A stretch of DNA of 64,000 nucleotides from Pseudomonadota bacterium (GTDB lineage Bacteria; Pseudomonadota; Alphaproteobacteria; Rhizobiales; Beijerinckiaceae), in the NCBI GenBank assembly GCA_021781815.1, contig JAJXWB010000020.1, forward strand, positions 4,497 through 68,496, read 5' to 3'. This document shows, piece after piece, positions 41,338 through 51,102 of the stretch (positions within the stretch are counted from its first letter, which is position 1; the number at the start of each line of letters is the position of its first letter). Made by a program: the position numbers and the translations under genes. The notes under the pieces were generated by a model. That model searched no databases. It saw only the letters and a program-made list of their open reading frames with translations, and was not told the origin of the DNA.

Positions 41338-42882
41338 TCAGTAGTTGTAAGCGCGCTCGCCGTGCTCGGAGACGTCGAGGCCCTCGCGCTCCGCATCCGC
41401 GGGAACCCGAAGTCCGACGATCACGTCGACGATCTTGTAGAGGATCAGCGAACCGACCCCCGACCAGATCAGCGTCGCGAGAACGGCCACGACCTGCGAG
41501 ATCACCTGCTGGCCCATCGCGTAGGTTCCCGCGTTGTTTCCGGCGATGTTGGTGTAGTCGGTGATACCGACGCCGCCGAGCGACGGAGCAACGAGGATGC
41601 CCGTCGCAATCGCGCCGGTAATTCCGCCGACGCAATGCACGCCGAACACATCGAGCGCATCGTCGTAGCCGACGGCCTGCTTCACCTTGGCGACGAAGAA
41701 CAGGCAGATCGGGCTGACGAGCAGACCGAGCACGATCGACCCCATCGGGCCGGCGAAGCCGGAGGCCGGCGTGACCGCGACCAGACCGGCGACGGCGCCA
41801 GAGGCCAGGCCAAGCAGCGAGGGCTTGCCCTTGACGCCCCATTCCACCATCAGCCACGAGAAGGCCGCGGCGCAGGTGGCGACCATCGTGTTGACGAAGG
41901 CGAGAGCCGTCGTGCCATTAGCTTCGAGGTTGGAGCCGGCGTTGAAGCCGAACCAGCCGACCCACAGCAGCGCAGCGCCGACCATGGTGAGCGTCAGCGA
42001 GTGCGGCATCATGGCTTCACGCGGATAGCCGATGCGCTTGCCGAGCATGATGGCGCCCATCAGACCGGCGATGCCGGCGTTGATGTGCACGACCGTGCCG
42101 CCCGCGAAGTCGAGCGCGCCCGTACCGTTCATCAGGAACTCGCCGACGCCCTTGCCCTGGTTGAGCCAGCCGGCGGTCCCGATGAGGTCGGCAAGCTTGC
42201 CTTCCGCAGCGGCCTTTGCGGCCGCGTCAGACCCGGCGGCTGCAATCGCCTTGGCGGCGTTGGCGAGATCGTCCGGAGCAGGGGTCGCCCAGACCCAATG
42301 CGCGATCGGGAAGTAGACGACCGTCACCCAGAGAAGCACGAACAGCATGACAGCGGAGAACTTCATGCGTTCCGCGAATGCGCCGACGATCAGCGCAGGC
42401 GTGATCATGGCGAAGGTCATCTGGAAGACCATGTAGGCGAATTCCGGAATGACGACTCCATTCGAGAAGGTCGCCGACATCGAGTTGGCGTCGATGCCCC
42501 TGAGGAAGGCCTTGCCAAAGCCGCCGAGGTAATAGCCGCCGGTGTCGCCGAGCGACATCGAGTAGCCGTAGAAGCACCAGAGCAGGCCGACCATGGCGAC
42601 GATGGCCATGACCTGGGTGAGGATCGACGCCATGTTCTTGGCGCGCACGAGGCCGCCATAGAACAGCGCGAGACCGGGGACCGACATCATAAGGACGAGC
42701 AAGCTCGACGTGAGCATCCACGCCGTGTCGCCCTTGTTGGCGACGGGCGCGGCTGCAGCGACCGCGGGAGCAGCCGCAGTCGCTGCCGCCTGCGCGAACG
42801 CCTGGCCGGCGCTGGCCACGGCCCCGACGAGACCGAGGCCGACCGCCCCCATGGCCGCCTTCGGCAGAAAAGGAGAATTCAT
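41338..42882 (-). CDS. amtB: ammonium transporter AmtB (long form with signal peptide)
   Basis: 514 aa from the ATG at 42882 (MNSPFLPKAAMGAVGLGLVG...). Amt signatures are present: DFAGGTVVHINAG and FGVHCVGGITGAI. It lies directly downstream of glnK. Confidence 0.95.
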   Translation of the reverse strand: MNSPFLPKAAMGAVGLGLVGAVASAGQAFAQAAATAAAPAVAAAAPVANKGDTAWMLTSSLLVLMMSVPGLALFYGGLVRAKNMASILTQVMAIVAMVGLLWCFYGYSMSLGDTGGYYLGGFGKAFLRGIDANSMSATFSNGVVIPEFAYMVFQMTFAMITPALIVGAFAERMKFSAVMLFVLLWVTVVYFPIAHWVWATPAPDDLANAAKAIAAAGSDAAAKAAAEGKLADLIGTAGWLNQGKGVGEFLMNGTGALDFAGGTVVHINAGIAGLMGAIMLGKRIGYPREAMMPHSLTLTMVGAALLWVGWFGFNAGSNLEANGTTALAFVNTMVATCAAAFSWLMVEWGVKGKPSLLGLASGAVAGLVAVTPASGFAGPMGSIVLGLLVSPICLFFVAKVKQAVGYDDALDVFGVHCVGGITGAIATGILVAPSLGGVGITDYTNIAGNNAGTYAMGQQVISQVVAVLATLIWSGVGSLILYKIVDVIVGLRVPADAEREGLDVSEHGERAYNY

Positions 42883-42917
42883 CGTTTGGGCTCCTGGTTG
42901 ACGGGATATGCGGGGCA

Positions 42918-43421
<504 letters not shown>

Positions 43422-43466
43422 TCACAGGCATTTTGATTAATTATTAGGCGCCTTGATTGCAGGCAG

Positions 43467-44756
43467 TCAGGTCAGTCCTGCTGGAGCCGGCCCCCCGCAA
43501 GCCCAGTCGATGAGTTCTATCGTATGGACGATCGGCGTCGCGGTTCCGACCGCCAGTTGCGTCATGCAGCCGATGTTGCCCGTGGCGATCGCCTGCGGCT
43601 TCAGGCGGGCGATGTGCCCGAGCTTGCGGTCGCGCAGCTTCGCGGCCAGTTCCGGCTGCATGATGTTGTAGACGCCGGCCGAACCGCAGCAGATATGCCC
43701 TTCCGGCACGTCCTTGACGATAAAGCCCGCCTTACGAAGCAGGGTTTTGGGAAGCTCCGTGATCTTCTGGCCGTGCTGCATCGAGCAGGCCGAATGATAG
43801 GCGAGTGTCAGCTTTCTGACGGACGAAGGCGTCCAGTCGAGCGTCGCGACATATTCTGTTATGTCCTTCGCCAGCGCGGACACACGCGCCGCCTTCGCGG
43901 CATAGGCGGCGTCTTCGCGCAGCATGCAGCCATAGTCCTTGACCGTCGTGCCGCAGCCCGACGCCGTGATCACGATCGCATCGAGGCCACCGTCGTCGAT
44001 CAGCCCGGTCCAGGCGTCGACATTGGCGCGGACGAAATCGAGGGCTTGCTCCTCGCGCCCCATGTGATGGACCAGCGCGCCGCAGCAGCCCTCGCCGGGC
44101 GCGGGCGCGACCTCGACGCCGCAGCGCGCGAGAAAGCGTTTTGCCGCCGCATTGATCGAGGGCTTCAGCGGCGGCTGCGCGCAGCCTTCGAGAATGACGA
44201 CGCGCCCACGCTTTGGGCTGGCGACGATGGGCGCCTCGGCCGGCGGCGCAGCGCCGCGCTTCGGCGCCAGCGTGATCATGGCGGCGAGGCGCGGGCCAAT
44301 CTGCGGAATCAGTCTTATGGCAGGCGCGAAGGGCCTGCCGACGGCGGCGGCGAGCAGCGCGAGTTCGAAGCGCTTGGGATAAGGCAGCACGAACGCCAGA
44401 ACCGCGCGAATGAGGCGATCATGCCACGCGCGCGTAAACGTGCTTTCGATGTGCGCGCGCGCGTGGTCGACCAGATGCATGTAATGCACGCCGGACGGAC
44501 AGGTGGTCATGCAGGACAGGCACGAGAGGCAGCGGTCAATGTGCCTGACGACCTGGGCCGTCGCTGGCTTGCCGCCCTCCAGCATGTCCTTGATGAGGTA
44601 AATGCGCCCGCGCGGCGAATCGAGTTCATCGCCGAGCAGCAGATAGGTCGGGCAGGTCGCGGTGCAGAAGCCGCAATGCACGCAGGTGCGCAGGATCTTT
44701 TCCGAGTCCCGCATCTGCGGATCGGCAAGCGCGGCCAGTGTGAAATTGGTTTGCAT
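43467..44756 (-). CDS. glcF: glycolate oxidase iron-sulfur subunit GlcF
   Basis: 429 aa with two 4Fe-4S motifs (CVHCGFCTATCP and CLSCLSCMTTCP) and C-terminal CCG domains (GCCGALV, ICCGSAG). Confidence 0.9.
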   Translation of the reverse strand: MQTNFTLAALADPQMRDSEKILRTCVHCGFCTATCPTYLLLGDELDSPRGRIYLIKDMLEGGKPATAQVVRHIDRCLSCLSCMTTCPSGVHYMHLVDHARAHIESTFTRAWHDRLIRAVLAFVLPYPKRFELALLAAAVGRPFAPAIRLIPQIGPRLAAMITLAPKRGAAPPAEAPIVASPKRGRVVILEGCAQPPLKPSINAAAKRFLARCGVEVAPAPGEGCCGALVHHMGREEQALDFVRANVDAWTGLIDDGGLDAIVITASGCGTTVKDYGCMLREDAAYAAKAARVSALAKDITEYVATLDWTPSSVRKLTLAYHSACSMQHGQKITELPKTLLRKAGFIVKDVPEGHICCGSAGVYNIMQPELAAKLRDRKLGHIARLKPQAIATGNIGCMTQLAVGTATPIVHTIELIDWACGGPAPAGLT

Positions 44757-44777
44757 GTCAGGCCTCGGTCACAAGCG

Positions 44778-44861
44778 CCGTCATTGCGAGCGCCGCGAAG
44801 CAATCCATCCCGCAACAATCAGACATGGATTTCTTCGTCGCGGCGCTCCTCGCAATGACGG
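44778..44861. repeat. REP/MITE-like imperfect inverted repeat in the glcF-glcE spacer
   Basis: The left arm is CCGTCATTGCGAGCGCCGCGAAGCAATCCAT (44778-44808). The reverse complement of the right arm is CCGTCATTGCGAGgagCGCCGCGAcgaagAAATCCAT (44825-44861). The loop is 16 nt. The cgtcattgcgag/ctcgcaatgacg core is a dispersed palindromic element I recall from many Hyphomicrobiales genomes. Confidence 0.6.
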
Positions 44862-44875
44862 GAGCGACAGGAGTT

Positions 44876-46051
44876 TCACACTCCTGCATACATTCGCCCC
44901 GGATTGAGGATCCCATCGGGATCGAAGCTCGTCTTTATTGCGCGCGAAAGCTTCATCATCGGCTCTGGTAACGGCTGAAACACATCGATGCGCGCGCGCA
45001 GTTCATCGGGCGCGCGCACCAGCGTGGCGTGTCCGCCGCAGGCCGCGGTCGCCGCGCGCACATCTTTTTCACGGGCGTCGTCGGCGGCGTCGACCGCGAG
45101 CCAGATGAGGCCGCCGCCCCAGTCGAAGAAATGCGCGACCGCGCCCCCCTTCTGAACGAGCCGCACGAGATCGGGGCCACGCGAAGGCGCGGTCGATATG
45201 CGCCAGACCGCTCGATCATCCGGCGCCGCGAACATCGCGCAATCGCCGATGTCGCGCCATAGCGCGCGCGTTTCGTCATCGGCGAGCACGATGTCGCCGC
45301 CGACGAGCTTGCGCAATTCGCCGAGGCGATAATCGACCGAGGATTTGAAATTCTCGACGCGCAACAGCGTTCGCGCCTCGGGCGCGCCTGCGCCGGCCGG
45401 CAGGTGCGCGGCGCCGGAGACCTCGAACGGCGAGCCGAGCGCCTGCGACAGCGCCGCGATCGCCCTGCTGTCGTCGAGATTGCGGATGATAAGCGTCGCC
45501 GACGTCTCCGGTCGCGGCAGCGCCTTGAAGGTCGCTTCCGTCAGTACGCCGAGGGCGCCGAAGGCGCCGGACGAAAGCTTCACCAGATCGAGGCCGGTGA
45601 CGTTCTTCATCACGCGACCGCCCGTCTTGATCGACTCGCCGGCGCCGTTCACCAGCTTCAGGCCGATCAGGCTGTCGCGCGCTGCGCCGTGCGAGATGCG
45701 GCGCGGCCCGGAAATATTGCAGGCGGCGACGGCGCCGATTGTCGGCGCGCCCGCCCCGCCGTAGAGCCGCCGATGGTCCATCGGCTCGAACGGAAGCATC
45801 TGGCCGCGCTCGGCGAGCATCTTTTCAATCGTCGCGACCGGCGTCCCGGCTCGCGCGCAGAACACCATTTCCGCCGGCTCGTAGAACACAATGCCGTCCA
45901 TTGCGGCGAGCGACAGCGTGCGCTCGGCCTGCGCAGGACGGCCGAGGTTTTTTCGCGTGCCGCCGCCCTGGATCGCCAGCGACGTCCTTTTCGCGCGCGC
46001 GTCGGAGATGGCGGCCACGATGTCGGATTCGGTGGTTGGGGAAAGGATCAT
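44876..46051 (-). CDS. glcE: glycolate oxidase FAD-binding subunit GlcE
   Basis: FAD-binding PCMH-type domain protein located between glcD and glcF. I prefer the ATG at 46051 (MILSPTTESDIVAAI) to the track's TTG at 46063. Confidence 0.85.
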   Translation of the reverse strand: MILSPTTESDIVAAISDARAKRTSLAIQGGGTRKNLGRPAQAERTLSLAAMDGIVFYEPAEMVFCARAGTPVATIEKMLAERGQMLPFEPMDHRRLYGGAGAPTIGAVAACNISGPRRISHGAARDSLIGLKLVNGAGESIKTGGRVMKNVTGLDLVKLSSGAFGALGVLTEATFKALPRPETSATLIIRNLDDSRAIAALSQALGSPFEVSGAAHLPAGAGAPEARTLLRVENFKSSVDYRLGELRKLVGGDIVLADDETRALWRDIGDCAMFAAPDDRAVWRISTAPSRGPDLVRLVQKGGAVAHFFDWGGGLIWLAVDAADDAREKDVRAATAACGGHATLVRAPDELRARIDVFQPLPEPMMKLSRAIKTSFDPDGILNPGRMYAGV

Positions 46052-46115
46052 GGCCGGCCGCAATCCCTATCCGTCATTGCGCGCGAGGCGACAAAATTAT
46101 GAAAGCGCAGAGGAC

Positions 46116-47549
46116 TCACGCCGCCCTGCCCTCCAGCGGAAACACCTTGGCCGGGTTGAGCAGCCAGTCCCTGTCGAAAGCGGCGCGCACACGCATCTGC
46201 TGGGCGAGGTCGGCGGCCGTGAACTGATGCGTCATCAGATCGCGCTTTTCGATGCCGACGCCGTGCTCGCCGGTCAGGCAGCCGCCGACATCGACGCAAA
46301 GCCGCAGGATGTCCTCGCCGGCCTTCTCAGCCTTTTCCTGCTCGGCGGGGTCGTTGACGTTGTACATGATCAGCGGATGCATGTTGCCGTCGCCGGCGTG
46401 GAAGACGTTGGCGACGCGCAGGCCGTAGGACTCGACGATCCTGTATGTTTCATTCAGCACGCGCACGAGCTGGCTCGTCGGCACCGTGCCATCCATGCAG
46501 ATGTAGTCGGCGACGCGCCCGGTGGCGCCGAAGGCGGACTTGCGGCCTTTCCAGATCAGCGCGGCTTCCAGCGCGCTCTGCGACTCGCGCACCGTCTTGA
46601 CGCCGTGCTTCTGCGCGATGGCCACGATCTTCTGCAATTGCGCCTCCATCTCGTCGTCCGAGCCCTCAACCTCGACGATGAGCAACGCGCCCGCGTCGAG
46701 CGGATATCCGGCGTGCGCGAAAGCCTCGCAGATCTCGATGGCGAGCTTGTCCATGAATTCCATGGCGACGGGGATGATGCCGTGGCCGATGATGTCGGCG
46801 ACGCAGGCCGCGGCCGACTCGCTCGTCTCGAAGCCGAACAGCACGGGACGCGCGCCCTCGGCCTTGCGCAGCAGGCGCACCGTGGCCTCAGTGACGATGC
46901 CGAGCTGGCCCTCGGAGCCGATGACGAGGCCCAGCAGATCGTAGCCGGAAGCGTCGAGCCAGTCGCCGCCGATATCGACGACCGTTCCGTCCATCAGCAC
47001 CATCTTGACGCCCAGAACATTGTTGGTGGTGACGCCGTATTTCAGGCAATGCGCGCCGCCCGAGTTCATGCCGATGTTGCCGGCGATAGTGCAGGCGAGT
47101 TGCGAGGAGGGATCGGGCGCATAGAAGAAGCCGTCGGCCATGACCGCGTCGGATATGCCGAGATTGGTGACGCCGGCCTGCACGCGGGCGATGCGGTCGG
47201 CATAGTCGATGTCGAGAATGCGCGCCATCTTCGACACGCCGATCACGACCGCGTCCTCTTGCGGGATCGCGCCGCCCGACAGCGACGTGCCGGCGCCGCG
47301 CGGCACGACCTTCACGCCCTGGTTGTGAAGCCAGGCCATCACCTTGCTCGTCTCCTCGGTCGAGCGGGGCAGCACGACGGCGAGCGGCAGGCGCCGGTAG
47401 GCGGTGAGCGCGTCCGTCTCATAGACGCGGCGCTCGTCGACGCTTGTGATCAGACATTCCGGCGGAACCAGCGCGGCAAGGCCGACGACGATCTCGTCGC
47501 GGCGCGCGAGGATGGCGGGATCCGGCGAAGGGAAGGCTATTGCTGACAT
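46116..47549 (-). CDS. glcD: glycolate oxidase subunit GlcD (FAD-linked oxidase)
   Basis: 477 aa from the ATG at 47549 (MSAIAFPSPDP...). Contains VVPRGAGTSLSGGAIP, and the C-terminus has GGCLTGEHGVGIEKR. Confidence 0.9.
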   Translation of the reverse strand: MSAIAFPSPDPAILARRDEIVVGLAALVPPECLITSVDERRVYETDALTAYRRLPLAVVLPRSTEETSKVMAWLHNQGVKVVPRGAGTSLSGGAIPQEDAVVIGVSKMARILDIDYADRIARVQAGVTNLGISDAVMADGFFYAPDPSSQLACTIAGNIGMNSGGAHCLKYGVTTNNVLGVKMVLMDGTVVDIGGDWLDASGYDLLGLVIGSEGQLGIVTEATVRLLRKAEGARPVLFGFETSESAAACVADIIGHGIIPVAMEFMDKLAIEICEAFAHAGYPLDAGALLIVEVEGSDDEMEAQLQKIVAIAQKHGVKTVRESQSALEAALIWKGRKSAFGATGRVADYICMDGTVPTSQLVRVLNETYRIVESYGLRVANVFHAGDGNMHPLIMYNVNDPAEQEKAEKAGEDILRLCVDVGGCLTGEHGVGIEKRDLMTHQFTAADLAQQMRVRAAFDRDWLLNPAKVFPLEGRAA

Positions 47550-47601
47550 GGCGGTCCCCATTGCGGAAATTGCGACATGAAGGAAACAAGCGGCGCCGGC
47601 G

Positions 47602-48390
47602 TCATGCATCATGGTCCTGCGCTGCGGGGCGAGCTACAAGATCGTCGCGTTCGAGACGACTCAGCGAGGTCGCGAGCCGCTCGCGGTCGCGCCTGATGTC
47701 CTCGACCGTCTCGAACGTGAATTCGATATGCTGGTCGGCCGCGCGCTGCGCGGCCTCGACATCGCCGGCGAGCACGGCGTCGGCGACTGCAAGATGCTGG
47801 GCGAGCAACGCGTCTCGCGCGCCGACGCGCCGGTAAAGCTGCTCGCGATTGTAGAAAACGCCTTCACGCAACAGTTCGGACAGAACGCGCATGACGTGCA
47901 GGAATACGACATTGTGCGCGGCCTCGTAGATCGCGATATGCAGATCGGCATCGCTTTCGGCCTCTTCGCGCGGATCGTCGTGCGCGTGCGCGGCCTTCAT
48001 ACGCGCGACGATATCGCCGATCGCCCTGCGGTCGATATCGGTTGCACGCTGCGCCGCGAGACCGGCGGCGCGCGCCTCGACAAGACGGCGAAACTCGAAG
48101 TAATCCGCTGTCACGCGCGGCTTGTCGGCAAACAATTCGCCCAGCGGCGCGGCAAAGGGCTTCAGGAAGCGCGCGACGGTCGCGCCGGCGCGCCCGCCGA
48201 CGACCAGCCCGCGCTGTTCGAGCGACGCCAGGGCCTCCCGCAGCGAGGGGCGCGAAACGCCAAGCTTTTCGGCGAGGTCTCGCTCCGAGGCGAGCTTTTC
48301 GCCCGGACGCAGAACGCCCTGCAAAATCATCTGCTCGATGCGGTCGGCAACAGCCTCGGCTACCCGCTGCGGCCTGATTTCTCCGTTCAT
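47602..48390 (-). CDS. GntR/FadR-family transcriptional regulator (GlcC/LldR/PdhR-like)
   Basis: 262 aa. The N-terminal wHTH reads RVAEAVADRIEQMILQGVLRPGEKLASERDLAEKLGVSRPSLREAL, and the C-terminus is an FCD domain. It lies directly upstream of glcD and divergent from lctP. Confidence 0.9.
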   Translation of the reverse strand: MNGEIRPQRVAEAVADRIEQMILQGVLRPGEKLASERDLAEKLGVSRPSLREALASLEQRGLVVGGRAGATVARFLKPFAAPLGELFADKPRVTADYFEFRRLVEARAAGLAAQRATDIDRRAIGDIVARMKAAHAHDDPREEAESDADLHIAIYEAAHNVVFLHVMRVLSELLREGVFYNREQLYRRVGARDALLAQHLAVADAVLAGDVEAAQRAADQHIEFTFETVEDIRRDRERLATSLSRLERDDLVARPAAQDHDA

Positions 48391-48449
48391 TCCTGCCTTC
48401 GGTCATTTGGGCCGGCGTCGACCGGCCTCGCGCGTCCGATACAAAGGTA

Positions 48450-48492
48450 GATAGATTTATCCAAATTGACAATGCGGTAAAAAAATATTACC
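48450..48492. promoter_or_regulatory. candidate operator/promoter region between the regulator and lctP
   Basis: GATAGATTTATC (48450-48461) is a 10/12 palindrome. TTGACA is at 48466-48471. The inverted repeat GGTAA-N7-TTACC is at 48476-48492. All three lie in a locally AT-rich 177-bp spacer. Confidence 0.3.
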
Positions 48493-48567
48493 AACCCTCA
48501 TTCGAGTCTACAAAAATCCAAGAATGGGACAGGCCGCGTCGACCCTGCGACGCGCGGGAGGTTTGCT

Positions 48568-50226
48568 ATGTGGTCTCAAGTCTATGATCCGTTTGGGAAT
48601 CTTGCGGTATCGACGCTCGTCGCGGCGATCCCTGTCGTCACATTGCTCGCGCTGATCGCAACGGACGTCGTCAAGGCGCACTGGGCGGCGCTGATCGCCT
48701 TATGCGTGGCGCTGGCGGTCGCGGTATTCGGCTTCACCATGCCAGCAGGCATCGCGCTGCGCGCGGCGGGCTTTGGCGCGATCACCGGCTTGTTCCCGAT
48801 CGGCTGGATTATTCTCAACGTCATCTTCCTCTACCGCCTGACGGTCGAGAAGGGCTGGTTTGCGATCCTCCAGCAGTCGATCGCCGGCGTCACCGCCGAC
48901 CGTCGGATTCAACTGCTTCTCGTCTCCTTCGCCTTCGGCGCCTTCTTCGAGGGCGCGGCCGGCTTCGGCACGCCGGTCGCGGTCACAGGCGCTGTGCTGA
49001 TGGGGCTTGGCTTCTCGCCGCTCGCGGCGTCCGGCCTGTCGCTGATCGCCAATACCGCGCCGGTCGCCTATGGCGCGCTCGGCACGCCAATCGCGGGCCT
49101 GGCCTCGGCGACCGGGCTCGACCCCTATGCGCTCGGCGCCATGATCGGACGCCAACTGCCGCTTTTCTCCTTCATCGTGCCGTTCTGGCTGATCTGGGCC
49201 TTCGCCGGCTTTCGCGGAATGATCCAGATCTGGCCTGCGATCCTGGTGACCGGACTATCGTTCGCCGTTTCGCAATTCTTCTTTTCGAATTTCATCAATC
49301 CCTGGATCGTCGACATCGGCGCCTCGATCGTTTGCATGGCGTGTCTCGTGGCCTTCCTGCGCATCTGGCAGCCGGCGTTCATCTGGGAATCGCCGGCGCT
49401 GCGATCGGACGACGCGTCTGCGAGCGCCACGCCGATAAGGCCGTTCGTGCGCACGGCCACCAACAGGGAAATCGCCTGGTCGTGGGCGCCCTTCCTGATC
49501 CTGTCGGCAGTTGTCGGCGTCTGGGGCACGGGTTGGTTCAAGGCGATCGTCAACCCGATCGCGACAATCTCCATACCGGTCCCCGGCCTGGACAAGATGG
49601 TCCAGAAAGTCGCACCGGTCGTCGCCAAACCGGCGACGGAAGGCGCGGTCTTTGCGTTCACCTGGCTGTCCTATACCGGCACCGGCATCCTGATCGCGGC
49701 GATCATCGCCGGCCTCGTGATGGGATTCTCGATCAAGCGCATGGCCAAGGCCTATGGCGAGACGATATGGGTCTTGCGTTTCTCTCTGCTGACGATCATC
49801 GCCATGCTGGCGATTGGCACGCTGACCCGCTATTCCGGGCTCGACGCCACCATGGGCCTCGCCTTTGCCTACACAGGCTTCTTCTATCCGTTCTTCGGCA
49901 CGCTGCTGGGCTGGCTCGGCGTCGCGCTGACAGGGTCCGACACGGCGTCCAACGTGCTGTTTGGCGGATTGCAGAAAGTGACGTCGCAACAGCTCGGCCT
50001 GTCGCCGATCCTGATGGGCGCCGCCAATTCATCGGGCGGCGTCATGGGCAAAATGATCGACGCCCAGTCGATCGTCGTGGCTGCCACCGCGACCAACTGG
50101 TATGGCCACGAGGGCGCGATCCTGCGCTTCGTCTTCAAGCATTCGATCGCGCTCGCCTGTCTCGTGGGCGCGCTGGTCATGCTCCAGGCCTATGTCTGGC
50201 CGTTCTCGGCCATGGTCCTGCACTAG
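48568..50226 (+). CDS. L-lactate/glycolate permease (LctP family)
   Basis: 552 aa, polytopic, with a GGGAGG RBS upstream. The N-terminus reads MWSQVYDPFGNLAVSTLVAAIPVV, and the FAFGAFFEGAAGFGTPVAV motif is typical of LctP/LldP/GlcA. Confidence 0.9.
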   Translation: MWSQVYDPFGNLAVSTLVAAIPVVTLLALIATDVVKAHWAALIALCVALAVAVFGFTMPAGIALRAAGFGAITGLFPIGWIILNVIFLYRLTVEKGWFAILQQSIAGVTADRRIQLLLVSFAFGAFFEGAAGFGTPVAVTGAVLMGLGFSPLAASGLSLIANTAPVAYGALGTPIAGLASATGLDPYALGAMIGRQLPLFSFIVPFWLIWAFAGFRGMIQIWPAILVTGLSFAVSQFFFSNFINPWIVDIGASIVCMACLVAFLRIWQPAFIWESPALRSDDASASATPIRPFVRTATNREIAWSWAPFLILSAVVGVWGTGWFKAIVNPIATISIPVPGLDKMVQKVAPVVAKPATEGAVFAFTWLSYTGTGILIAAIIAGLVMGFSIKRMAKAYGETIWVLRFSLLTIIAMLAIGTLTRYSGLDATMGLAFAYTGFFYPFFGTLLGWLGVALTGSDTASNVLFGGLQKVTSQQLGLSPILMGAANSSGGVMGKMIDAQSIVVAATATNWYGHEGAILRFVFKHSIALACLVGALVMLQAYVWPFSAMVLH

Positions 50227-50319
50227 CATTGCAGACATTGACGCTGCGCGCCCCGTCCATTCAGATGCGGGGCGCAGAAATCGACCTTCAGCGGACACAC
50301 CCACGGAGAGCCGCCCAAG

Positions 50320-51102
50320 ATGTCTGGTCAAAATGACAAGAAACGCGTCGGCCTGATGTCCACCTGCCTGGTGGACCTGTTCAGGCCGACCGTCGGCTTC
50401 GCCGCCGCCAGACTGCTGGAGGACGCAGGCTGCACGATCGAGGTTCCACCCCAAACCTGCTGCGGCCAGCCTGCGTACAATTCCGGCGACAAGACGCACG
50501 CTCGCGAACTCGCGCTGCAGGTGATCGAGACTTTCGAGAGCTACGATTACGTCGTCATTCCGTCTGGTTCGTGCGGCGGCATGCTGGCGCGCCATTATCC
50601 CGAACTGTTCGAGGACGACCCGGAACTGCAGCGACGCGCGCTCGCCTTCTCGGCCAAATGTTTCGAGCTGATCTCGTTCTTGACCGACGTGATGAAAGTG
50701 GAGCGGGTGTCGTCCTCGTTCCCGCGAAAAGTCACCTATCACGATTCCTGCTCCGGCCTGCGCGAACTTGGCGTGGAGGCGCAGCCGCGCAAGCTGCTGG
50801 CCAGCGTGCAGGGCCTCGAACTGGTCGAGATGAAGGACGCCGACGTATGCTGCGGCTTCGGCGGCGCATTCGCGGTGAAGTTCGGCGAAATCTCCGGCCA
50901 GATCGTCGAGCGCAAGACCAAGGACATTGATGCGACCGGCGCAGACGTGCTGCTGGCCGGCGACCTGGGCTGCCTCATGAACATGGCCGGCCGCCTGTCG
51001 CGGCAGGGCAAGGCGACGGAAGTGCGACACGTGGCGGAAGTGCTTGCAGGCATGACGGAGGGGCCGGCGATCGGCCAGCCGAAGGAAAGGACGCGCACAT
51101 GA
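50320..51102 (+). CDS. lutA: lactate utilization protein LutA ((Fe-S)-binding CCG-domain oxidoreductase)
   Basis: 260 aa containing GLMSTCLVDLFRP, TCCGQPAYNSGD and VCCGFGGAF. Confidence 0.9.
   Translation: MSGQNDKKRVGLMSTCLVDLFRPTVGFAAARLLEDAGCTIEVPPQTCCGQPAYNSGDKTHARELALQVIETFESYDYVVIPSGSCGGMLARHYPELFEDDPELQRRALAFSAKCFELISFLTDVMKVERVSSSFPRKVTYHDSCSGLRELGVEAQPRKLLASVQGLELVEMKDADVCCGFGGAFAVKFGEISGQIVERKTKDIDATGADVLLAGDLGCLMNMAGRLSRQGKATEVRHVAEVLAGMTEGPAIGQPKERTRT

Noticed and set aside
44662-44907. 81-aa ORF across the glcF-glcE spacer
   Set aside because: It is generated by the REP-like palindrome (the product reads ...GAPRNDG), overlaps the ends of glcF and glcE, and has no RBS.
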